NCBI GenBank assembly: GCA_043228905.1
Contig: JBHGNT010000008.1
Coordinates: 21,328,001-21,392,000, forward strand
DNA: 64,000 nucleotides
Direction: 5' to 3'
Source: Azolla caroliniana
Lineage: Eukaryota > Plantae > Polypodiophyta
Shown: piece by piece, positions 50,208 to 61,900 of the stretch
How the letters are laid out: each line of letters starts with the position of its first letter
Numbering within the stretch: the first letter of the stretch is position 1
Program-made: the position numbers and the translations under genes
Notes under the pieces: generated by a model
What the model was told of the DNA's origin: nothing
The model's database searches: none
What the model saw: the letters and a program-made list of their open reading frames with translations, nothing else

Positions 50208-53200
50208 TGTCGCGAAAATACGACAAGGATACATGAACTCGAGGTAGGACCCCGGGGCCTCCGACCAGAGGATATCACATTCGTGTGTTTATACTTTTAA
50301 CAATTAATAGAAAGGAGAAAATTTAGTAATTTTTCATTAGCAAAGGAAGAGAAATTACAATATGTCCCAAGATTGGGATTCAGAAGTTTTAGGTTTACTG
50401 AGATTAATAGAAAAGAAAAATTAGGGGTTTTGAGATATGGCTTCCGTAGGGCAAATTAGGGTTTTTGGGTCTTATGGCTTCCGTAGGGAAAATTAAAATT
50501 AGGTTATACGAGAGATATTAGTTCCGTAGGGAAAATTAGGGTTTTTGAGTGTTATGGCTTCCGTAGGGGAAATTAGGGCTTTTGAGTGTTATGGCTCCGT
50601 ACGATAAGGAAACCGAGAAGGAAAAGAAAAATAATGGAGACCGGACCCCCAAGTGGAGAAAAAAATGGAATATATATGTGTTGAGCGGCAAGCTCAACCG
50701 GATCCGGATCAGTTGAATAAGCCTGAGCCGGATCGACATCCGTAAGGATGAGCCGGATCAGTGAGTCGGTGAGCAAGTGGGCTGGTGAGCTGGGGAGCCT
50801 ATTAGCCGGATCCAACAGTAACCGGAAGTCTAGTAGTAGCCTAGACTGCTAGGTAGTTAATAGTCTCGTAGTTAGTGTTAAACGCCCGAGTGAGCATTGA
50901 AGTACGCGGCACTTTTGTCAATCCTCTTAGGACTTGTATAAATAGTGCTATTGAGGACATTTGATGTACAAAGAACTATTATTGTTTTGTAATAGATTTA
51001 ACTTGTTCTGCTCTTTCTCTGTCTCTCTCGTGTATTGTCAAGCTCAGCTTTAAACCTGCATTTCTATGTTTGGTTTTCTATTGCTTCCTCACAACGTATT
51101 CTTTCACATGGTATCAGAGCGCGAGGGTTGAGAACCTCTACAGCCGACATAGCTTGAAAAGAAAACTAACCAAGAAGAACAGGAAAAACAAATGGATAGA
51201 GGAATGGCTAGCTCGCTCCCAGTCGAGAAGCTCGACAGATCCAACTACACATCTTGGTCATACAAGATGCACTAGTACCTGCTTGGGCATGGTTACTGGA
51301 GCTATGTCGACGGAGCTAACGACACAGCACCTGATGCGGCAGACAAGGACTTCCTAGTGTGGGAACAAGCACCAAGCAAAGTGATGTACTGCTTTGCATC
51401 AAGTGTCGGAGACCAGCTGTTGAGCCATATTCGAGACGCCAAGACGCCCAAAGAAGCTTGGGTAAATCTGAAAAATGTCTTCGCCGCAAGCACTACAGCC
51501 AGGAAGCTTCAACTCAGGCAAGAGTTGAGCAATGTAAGACAACGAGATATGTCGATGACTGACTACACCACCAAGATTAAAGAAATCTGCGACTCACTCG
51601 CCTCTGTCAACGTGAACGTCGAGGAGGACGAGATGGTGTAGGTTTGTCTTGGCGGGTTAGCATCTAAGTTCGGAGCTTTCCAAACGGCTGTCTGTACAAG
51701 AGAGAATACGCCGTCATTTTTCGACTTACAATCGATGCTCCTTGTAGAGGAGAACCACGCCGGTGCGTCAACAAGTGCACCCACCGACAGTCGGATGCTG
51801 TACACGGAGGCGGATCGGCCCCGTGGTCGTGGTGGACAAGGCGTGTCGGGTCGCAATGGTAGCGGCCAGCAAGAGCAGGACCAAAGGCACAGAGAACGTG
51901 CCGACAACAATTCCGGACCCTCACTTCAACTCAGGCAAGAGTTGAGCAATGTACGACAACGAGATATGTCGGTGACTGACTCCACCAAGATTAAAGAAAT
52001 CTATAACTCACTCGCCTCTATCAACGCGAACATCGAGGAGGACAAGATGGTGCAGGTTTGTCTTGGTGGGTTAGCATCTAAGTTCGGAGCTTTCCAAACG
52101 GTTGTCTGTACAAGAGAGAATACGCCGTCATTTTTCGACTTACAGTCGATGCTCCTTATAGAGGAGAACCACGCCGGTGCGTCAACAAGTGCACCCACCG
52201 ACAGTCGGATGTTGTACATGGAGGCGGATCGACCCCGTGGTTGTGGTGGACGAGGCGGGTCGGGTCGCAATGGTAGCGGCCAGCAAGAGCAGGACCGAAG
52301 GCACAAAGAACGTGCCGACAACAATTTTGGACCCTCCACAAGTAAGGGGAGTCAAGGCGGCGCCGGAGTTCGGCAAGCAAAGGCCGACACGGGATGCTGG
52401 TATTGTGGTAAAAAGGGCCACAGAGAAAATGAGTGTTGGAAGAAGTGCGCCGATTTGGACAGATCCGGATCCGGCAAGGCCGGCAAAGAGAATCAGTAAT
52501 ACTCGCACTACGCAAAAGGATCGAGAGGATCTGAAACTAGAAAAGTCGGTAAAGGGCCAACCTTGGTGATGAAACACGAGGCTAACTCGATGAAGAAGAC
52601 CACTTCCAAATCGGAGGAACTGTGGTACGTTGATTCCGGTGCGTCGAATCATATGACGAGCCACGAAGAGTGGTTCTCCTTCTTGGAGAAACCGGAACAA
52701 CCGGGAGTCGTCGAAACCAGAGATGACACTCCACACCCAATCGTGCCTGTCGGAGAAGTCCCTTTGAGCCACGTCGAACAGAGGGGGAAGCTGATGAACG
52801 TATTACATGTTCCGACCATCACGAAGAACCCGGTGTCGGTTGGACAGATTGTTGACCAGGGAATGCAGGTGTGGTTTACGCACCTCGGGTGCTTCATCGA
52901 GGAAGAGGGCCAAATCATTGTGCAAGGGCGCAAGGACAGGAGGATGTTTATCCTCGACACAAATGAGGTCGGCACCGCTTTGTTCGCCAAAGGACAGAAG
53001 ATTGAATCGGATATCGATCTCTGGCACAAGCGGATTGGCCACGTCAATTACCGGAGTCTTCAAGATTTGCAAACAAAATACGTTGTTTTCGGTTTGCCAA
53101 AGTTTTGTAGCCGGAAGGCCCAAGTATGTGAAGCTTGCCAACTCGGGAAGCAACGCTGGCTTCCATTCCCCACTGAACGAAACCGTATCCATAACAAGCT

Positions 53201-56200
53201 CGACCTTATTCATTCGGATGTATGGGAACCGGAACAAAACGTGAGTCTTGGCGGGAGTCGATATTTCGTCTCCTTCATCGACGACTATAGCCGGCACACA
53301 TGGATCTACCTCATTGAGCAGAAGAGCAAAGTCTTCGAGTGTTTCCGGAACCTACAAAGCCTGGTTGAACGGGAAACGGAGAGGAAGATCAAGTGCCTAC
53401 GGTCAGATGGCGGAAAAGAATATTTTTCCGGCCAATTCAACAGTTATCTGCAGCAAAAAGGAATTCGGAGAGAATTCAGCTGCAAATACACACCGGAGCA
53501 AAACGGTGTGGCCGAAAGGAAGAACCGGTCACTTATCGACACCGCAAGGGCAATGCTGGAGGAGAAGAGCATGCTCCATTTCTACTGGGTGGAGGCGGTT
53601 CGGACGGCCGTCTATGTCCAAAACCGGATCGGTGACAAGATGTCTGCGCATGAGCTGTATTTCGGGCGCAAGACGAATTTGAGACACCTTCGGATATTCG
53701 GTAGCATTGCATATGTGCATGTGCCGGATGAGAAACACAGGAAGTTGGATGTAGAGTCGGAGAAATGCATCCTGGTCAGTTACTCGCATGAGCAAAAGGG
53801 GTATAAATGTTATAACCCCCGGACAAACCAGGTTTGAGTTAGTCGGGATGTTGAGTTTGATGAGACGGCATCATGGTATGCCTTACCGGCTCCGACTTCA
53901 GACCCCGACCCAATACCAGAGGATGAGGCTAGTGAGCTTGAACCGCTCCGGTCAGAAGACAAAGGGTTCGAGACTCTAGATGAGAGTCCGGAATCGTTTC
54001 GGTTGAGCGGACCGAACATACGGCTGAGTCGGGATGACCAGTCGGATGAGGAACCGGCAAGTAGTGGAGACTCTGTCGTGCTCTCCCCGCGCAAGGAACT
54101 GAGGAGACGGTTCGTGCGCAAAGAGAAAGGGAAGAAGAAGACGCCAGAATACGAAACCGATAACGTTGAGTCAGATCGGAGCGAATCCGCCTCCAGAAAG
54201 GATGAAGGTGGATCTTCGGGAACAAAGTCCGAACTGGCCAAGAAGGGCTCCAAACCGGGTAATACCAAGTTACACCGGTCTTCTCGCCTGAAGAACCCAG
54301 TTATGCAGTACGGGTACAATGAGTACATGGCGCATCACTATGTGTACATGAACAAGGTGGCGGAAGTGCGTGAGTGAGAGAGCTACACAAAAGCGGCCAA
54401 GGACGCAAATTGGTGTGTCGCTATGAAGGAAGAAAAGCGGGCATTTGATGCCAACGACACATGGGACCTAGTTGACCCTCCCCGACACTGTAAACCGATC
54501 GGATGTAAGTGGGTGTACAAGGTAAAGTACAATGTTGACGGTTCAGTTAACCGGTACAAGGCCCGGTTAGTGGCGAAGGGATACGCACAGACCCACGGAA
54601 TCGACTACGACGAGTCCTTCGCTCTAGTAACGAAGATGACGACGGTTCTTGTGGTGCTGGCGGTTGCTACGGCAAGGGGGTGGCATCTTCACCAAATGGA
54701 CATGAAGAATGCATTTCCTCAAGGTGATCTTGAAGAAGATTTCTTTATGACCCAACCCCCCGGTTTCCAATCGGAGATGAACAAGTCGGCGGTATGCTGG
54801 CTGAAGAAGTCACTTTATGGCCTGAAGCAAGCCCCCAGAGCTTGGAATGCGAAGATCACGCATCGGTTGCGTAAGATGAGGTTTGCGGCCTCCAAGTCCA
54901 ACTCTTCGTTGTTCATTCGACAAGCTCCAGACGGTCCGGTTTGCATCCTGTTGTATGTTGATGATCTAGTCATCAGCGGACCCAGACTCAATGAGATCAG
55001 CCGAGTCAAGTCCCAGTTGTCGAACACATTTGAGATGAAGGACCTACGGGACCTTCACTATTTCCTTGGGATCATGGTGATCCGAACCCCCGACGGCATA
55101 TTGCTCTCACAAAGACACTATGTGTTGAATATGTTGTACAAGTTCGGCATGACGGAATGCCGACCGATCTCCACACCCCTGGATTGGAACTAGAAGCTCT
55201 ATCCTGACTCCGGTTCGACCTGCGATGAGAAATAGTTCTGACAAATCGTCGGAAGCCTTATATTTCTGACAATCACCCGACCGAACATTAGTTATCCGGT
55301 CGGCATGATCAACCAATATATGCAGAAGCCGACCATGGAGGACCTTCTGTTCGCGTATCGAATTTTGTGATATGTGAGCGGCACGAAGGACCGAGAACTG
55401 TTATACTGGCATGGTATAACCGAAGAGCTAGTCGACTACAGCAATGCCGACTAGGCCGGCGATGCATCGGATCGCCGATCCACCTCTGACTATATGTTTT
55501 CCTTTGGTAGCGTGGCTATTGCGTGGAGCAGTAAAAAGCAGCCAACAGTGGCCCTTTCGAGCACTAAGGTTGAATATCGGGGCGCTACCGTTACCACCTG
55601 TCAAGCCATTTGGCTCCGGCAATTGTTGCAAGACCTACGGATCGAGGTGTCGACCCCGATCCTGATCTCCTGCAACAACATAAGCAGCATGCACCTCGCC
55701 AAGAGCCCCGTATTCCATACTCGCACAAAGCACATAGAAGTGCACTACCACTTCATGCGTGAGCGTGTCCTAAGTAGTGAAGTCGAACTTCGGTATGTTC
55801 CTACGGATCAGCAAGTTGCAGACATCTTCACCAAACCGCTCGGGTCAGACAAGTTGCAGCACTTCACCGAAATGCTTGGTGTTCAGCATCTCGACGTGCC
55901 ACACTTGAGGGGGAGAACTGGCAAAGACAACAGAACGGGCAAAAGCAAAGAGACTGTCGATTGCGCCGTTAAGGGAAGAACCGACCAAGGGAGAGACAAG
56001 AAGAAGAAAGGAGTCGAGTCGACAAAGGAAGTTGACACATCCGAACAAGTCGGAACAAGCGGCAGTGGCGGCATAGTCAAGAAGGACAAAGCCGACCAGA
56101 AGAAGAAGGCCAAGACCCGGACATGGTCCGATGTGGTGAAGGGTTTGGAACCGGAAGACGAATCGGGAGCGACCGATTCGGACAAGAGCTGGAACGAATC

Positions 56201-57862
56201 GGAGACAGCCAATTCGGTTCAACAGACGGATTCGGAAGAACCGGATCAATTCAATGCCAAGAGGACGAGAAGGCAGCGAAAGTCGACGCCAACACGAAGG
56301 AATCGGCGAATCGGCAAGAGCCAAAGTCACAGCAACGAGGGAGCTGAATTGGGCCTGTTGAGCAGACAAGCTGACCAAGGAGGTCGAGGTGCGCAGAATC
56401 AGACGGGTCGCGGCAAACGGGACCGAACCGGACGAGGAGCCCGAACGAGGCGGAGTGACGCCAGAAGGAGTCGGGTGGAAGGACCGGCTGCCATAGAGAC
56501 TGACACTACGATCCGACCTGAAGTTGAGCTTGAGGGGGAGTGTTGAGCGGCAAGCTCAACCGGATCCGGATCGGCTGAATAAGCCTGAGCCGGATCGGTG
56601 AGCCGGTCAACTAGGGAGCCAGTTAGCCAGATCCAATTGTAACCGGAATCCTAGTAGTAGCCTAGACTGCTAGGTAGTTAATAGTCTCCTAGTTAGTGTC
56701 AGACACCCGAGTGAGCATTGAAGTACGCGGTACTTCTGTTAGTCCTCTTAGGACTTGTATAAATAGTGTTGTTGAGCATGTTTCATGTACACAGAACTAT
56801 TATTGTTTTGTAATAGATTTAACTTGTTCAACTCTTTCTCTGTCTCTCTCGCATACTGTCAAGCTCTGCATTAAACCTACATTTTTGTGTTATGTTTTCT
56901 ATTGCTTCCGCACAACGTATTCTTTCAAAATATGCAGTTCTCCGTTGATCATAGCCTCCCATGATCCTTTGCATGCGTCCCCTTTTATTTGCATGGCCTC
57001 CATTTTTAGTTGCTTGGCCTTTATTTTTAGTTGCATGGCCTCCGTTTTTTTCTTTTCATGCCTTTCACATGACCTTTACTTTATGCATGCCCTCCAACTT
57101 CAATTGCATGCGTCCACATCTCCTTTACTTTACTTTACTTTATTTTAATTCGCCACATGATCCTATCATCCGTCCATCTCGACCGTCACCCATCCGATCC
57201 GTCCGGTCCACGTCCGGTTTCCATTCCGTCGCCATCCAGTTGACGGTTCTATCCAGTTGACGGTTCTGTCCGGTTGCTGGTTACCGGCTCCGTTCGATAG
57301 GTCGCCGATTGCCGGATCCATCACCATCTGGTTCCAGTTCCCAACTTCATCACCAACGTCGTCCGATTTTCGGTTTCCGGTTGCCAGCTCCATCCGGTTT
57401 CCAATTACCATCTCCATCCGGTTTCCAGTTCCCATCTCCATCCGATTTCTGGTTCCCAGCTTTGTTGTTGGTTCTATCCGATCGCCAGCTCCATCCGGTT
57501 TCCGGTTGCTGGCTCCATCAGTCGCCAGTTCCTTAGCCACATTTGTCCATGTAGACAAATTGGTCCAAGTCCAACCATTACTTTTGTGCTCTCAACACAT
57601 AGATGAAAACTAATGGTTCTCAATCTGCTTATATAGATGGATCCTAAAGTTTCCTATCTATGTGGGATATTTCACAATTCTATTTTCCTTATCTTCTCAA
57701 ACTTCATACTCACATATCTTGATACTGATTTATCCGTTTCATGTGTAGTAAAATGCATTATGAAGCTCTTAAAGATATCTATCTTCCCATATCAATCCAT
57801 TAAGCTAATCTTAAATAATTATTTTACTAGTTTTTATATCGTGTGTGAAAAACCACACGACA
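50208..57862 (-). mobile_element. ~1.4-kb solo LTR C (gypsy-like termini tgtcg..cgaca), interrupted by Copia #5
   Basis: Termini tgtcgcgaaaa (50208) and cacacgaca (57862) are flanked by identical ccgt. Contains ~35-40-bp aaaccctaa repeats (50420-50600) and 24-bp repeats (57366-57520). Homologous in inverted orientation to E. Confidence 0.75.
50679..56929 (+). mobile_element. Ty1/copia element #5, degenerate gag-pol 51192-56546
   Basis: LTRs 50679-51108 and 56541-56929 (diverged; terminal ca mutated to aa). TSD atatg. PBS 51109-51120. PPT cttgagggggag. Confidence 0.96.
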
Positions 57863-57872
57863 CCGTAGGAGT

Positions 57873-58212
57873 TGTATGAAGAGGTATTGGAACACAATAA
57901 AGTGGTTGTTGTGTATGTGTAATATATATGAGTGTGTGAGGATGAATATGTGTATGAACACATGAAAAATTATGTGCATGTGTACAAGAATGTAATGGTC
58001 TTTTTGTAATGGTCATATTAGTAATCGTTACATTATGTACTATATAAACCCCTTATGGGGCATGTAATGGAATATAGATTTTTCGCTCTCATTTCTATGG
58101 CATTGTTTCTCTCTCCTTCTCTCTCTTTGTCTCTCCCTCACTCATAACCCCTTTAGGAGGGGGGTGGAGTTGTTTCATGGCTTCACCCCCCACCCATTAA
58201 CACCCATTAACA
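57873..58212 (+). other. Short LTR-like segment with TATA box and terminal hairpin
   Basis: Starts tgtatg; tatataaa at ~58041; CT-rich tract; GC hairpin 58159-58191; ends ..aaca. No partner copy and no TSD. Confidence 0.35.
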
Positions 58213-58921
58213 CTGGCAAAACCAAAAACCGGCCGGTAAGCAAATCGGATCCAGCGGTAGAGCCGACGAGGCGGCGGCAATCGGCGACTGAATGAGGTTG
58301 GATGCAAACTGAATGGATAAAAGGATCATGTGGCTAATTAAAGAAAGGTAAAAGAGACTAAATTAAAGGTCATGTGGACGATCGCATGCAACTAAACGAA
58401 AAAGCCATGCCACTAAAGGAAGAAGCTACGCAACTAAAAGTAGAGGCCATGCAACAAAAAGTAGACATGCATATGATCAACGGGGAACTCCATATATATT
58501 CCATTTTTTTCCTATACTCATACTCTCTCTCCATTAATTTTCTTTTCCTTCTCAGCTCCCTTATCTTAGGGAAGCCATAACTCTCATAAACCCTAAATTT
58601 CCTTATGGAAGCCATATCTTACTCATAACCCTAAATTTCCATACGGAAGATTTTCAACTCATAAAACCATAATCTCTTATCAAAGCCAAGAACCCTAAAT
58701 CTCTATGGAATCCATATCTTATTTTCCTCTTATCTATTACTCTAGTAATCTCCATTAACTAAACTTTTTGTAATCTCAATCTTGAGATTGATTGTAATCT
58801 TTCTTTCCCTTTATTAATGAAATTTGTGAATCTTTCTAATTTTGTATTAATTGCTTAATATAATCATACGAATCTGATATCTTCTGGTCGGAGGCCCCGG
58901 GGTCCTACCTCAAGTTCACGT

Positions 58922-61900
58922 TGTCGTGAAGAATTTCGGCCAGAGGTAGAAACCGGGAAACATTGGCTACATCGGCGGGGTGCAGCGTGTGTACGCACCC
59001 GTGTACATTTAGTGTGAATATCGAGGGCGCCTTTATGGCGCCGAAGAGTAGTCAAGTCGGGACAGACGATCCCATGTAAGTCGGGATTTGTCCCACATTG
59101 TAACGCATCCCTTTCCTTGTTCTATAAAAGGAAGGGAATGCCCTTTGTGTAAGGGTTGCCCATTTTGCATTAGAGGGTATACCGTTAGGTTTAGAGTTAG
59201 GTTCTTCTTCTTCTCCTCCTTCTTCGTGTTTTGCTTAGGGTTTGCTTTGGTTCGGCCTCCTGTGCAAGACCCCGCTCGGCGTGACGAGCTGAGAGCTCCC
59301 CGACGGCGGCTTGACAGCAGACGACTACTGTAACCTACCTCAGTCCGGCTCGACGCCGGGAATGTATTCTTCCCTTTATATGTATATATATATACGTTTG
59401 TTTGTGTATATTCGCGTCATTGTTGGCGTAGGGTGCCTACCCTTTCCTGCGTTTTCTGTACATAAGGCGTGAGTCGGGTTGGGCTATGTGTGCGTGTGTG
59501 TGCGTGAGTCGGTGTTAAGCACGCTCTCTCTCTCTCTCCCTTCGGTTGCTTCCGGTGTGCTTCTGGGATGCGCCGGAAACGGTGAAGTGCGACTTCCTAC
59601 GCTCCATCGCTCCCTAGTCCAAGACCCCCGTGGTCCCGCCTTTCCCCACGCACGCGCGTAACAACGCGACATATTTGGTGAACCCGACGTGAAAGGCGGC
59701 AAGGGAGGATGGAGTCCGAAGACGAAGACCTTGCGGAGATGGTGGCCGAAGTGGTGTTGGAGTCGGCACGAGTGGTGATGAGGCGAGAAGCAGCGCAACA
59801 AGCGGTTGAGCGAGTGGTCTAAAGAGTCAGTCGTTTCAACGGGGACAAAGTCCCATCTTACTTGGAAGCCTACAACGCGGAAATGGAGGAGCGTGGCGTA
59901 GACGAGGCGTTGAGGCTGGAGTTCTTCTGTCGGGTCGTGGCTGTCCGAATGCATGCGGAAATAAAGGACCTCCGTGAGGCTCATAGTTCGTGGGAGGCCT
60001 TCGAAGAGGCGCTCCTGAAGGCATACGGAGGACGGCGGAAGAGCCGGGGACGACACGACTTTGACCAGTGGGTAGCATCGGCAAAGACCCATCGGGGCGC
60101 GACCAAGGCGTTCCAAGAGTTCGAGCGACGGCTTGCTCGGCTCCGGGAGCGGGAACAAGGTTTGGTGGGGGCGGACAAAGTCCTTTTGTTCGTCAGGTCG
60201 ATCGACCGAGCGGAATGGGAAGCCATCCGGATTGAGCTCGAAGACGATGATGGAGCGAATGGGCTTACGGAGGACTGGTCAAAGGTCAGAAGGGTGTGCC
60301 AAAGGCTAGATGATGAGCGAGCCGAGAAGGCTAAGAGGAAGGTACGCGACGGCGTGCCATCACAGCGGGAAGAGGCCGAACGGCAAAGAGAGTCAGCAAG
60401 GGTCGGCGTTGGGGCCAGGATTGCGGAGGTGTACGCAGCTCTCGAGGCGATGATCGAGGAAGAGGAAAGATGGAGGCCGCAAGCCGAGACTGAGGAGACG
60501 GACTTGCCCCACGCGATGGCGGAAGATCGGTACGACGGTACCACGGGAGAGGGTGCGGAACAAATCGCCCTCTCGACTTGCGGAGATAGATCGGCCAAGG
60601 ACGAGACAGAGATACAGATCGCAGAACCGGAGAGTTGGGATCAGCGGTTTCGGGCATGTCAGGCCGAGATCCCGGTCATTGGAGACGCAAGCCCAGATGG
60701 GGCTTGCGCGATCGGTAAGAAGACGACCGCCGACCACGAAGAGTCGGTGGCTACGGACAAGGGCGTAAAACGGACGGGCGATTCTTTGTGTCTTCCCACA
60801 CTTGCTCTCGAGACGATGGCAGTCGGGCCCAAGTGCCCACGTGAGTCCCAAGCGGAGGAAGGCGGCGGCGAAAGGCCAAGAATCACCGGCGAGACGATAT
60901 GGGGAAGGAGCGGACGAAAGCCACGGACCCGATTCCGGAGAACTCGGCATTCGGGCCCGTATGCCCATGTAAGACCGAGGAGATGGATGGCAGTACCGAG
61001 GAGTCCTGGCACGATGCCAGCGAAGAGGGATGGGAAACGGCCTGCGAGGAGGCCGAGGACGGAAGCGGCACGAGAAGATCGGCATTCCGATTCGTATGGA
61101 GAAGAATCCGATCGTGGATCGTTCGATCGGGGCCGGATTCGGCATGAAAGTGCCGATACGGAAGGGGGTGCAGGACAATCCGCCCTCTTTTACATGGGGA
61201 GAAAGACCTACTGGGCGAAGGTCGAGATTTGGAATGAGATTGAAAGCCGGTCCTATGGGATTCCTTACACCGATCTGGTTGTCGGCCCGAGTGCCGGCCC
61301 GAGTGCCGGCGTGAGTCCTATAAGAGAGATCGGTGGCGACAGCAAAACGGGACTCGGCAATCCGGAGAAGGACGAATGGACCCGGATGAGAATCGGGCGG
61401 AACGGACTCCCGGATGACCATTCCGGGAGGGAGGAAGAGAGCAAGGCCTACGAAGAGGCCGAGGAGACGGTACGTCGGTACCACGGGAGAGGGTGCTGAG
61501 TAAACCGCCCTCTCGGCATGCGGAAAAGGACGACCCGGGACAGGGTCAGGAAGCCAAAACAGCGGGGAGGAGGATCCTTCACACCGGTTCTAGAGACTTC
61601 GGCAGTCGGCAACGCGGTCGATGTAAGACCAAGATACTGACGGTGGCGGCGAGGTGACGAAGGCAAGGGCTACGGAAGGGCAGCCTACGGAGGATCCTTC
61701 ACACCGGTTCTAGAGACTTCGGCAGTCGGCAACGCGGTCGACGTAAGACCAAGATACTGACGGTGGCGGCGAGGGGACGAAGGCAAAGGGCGTAAGGAAG
61801 TCCGGTCCTACGGGATCCCCACACTTAACCCGAGACTCCGGCAGTTCGGCCAACGTGGCAACATGAGACTGAGAGAGAAGGTTGGTGGCGGCGGGAAACG

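Noticed and set aside
40397-59822. Stop codons at nearly the same gag position in B (tga) and D (taa), suggesting programmed readthrough
   Set aside because: They are in adjacent, not identical, codons, and each is explainable by independent C>T decay.
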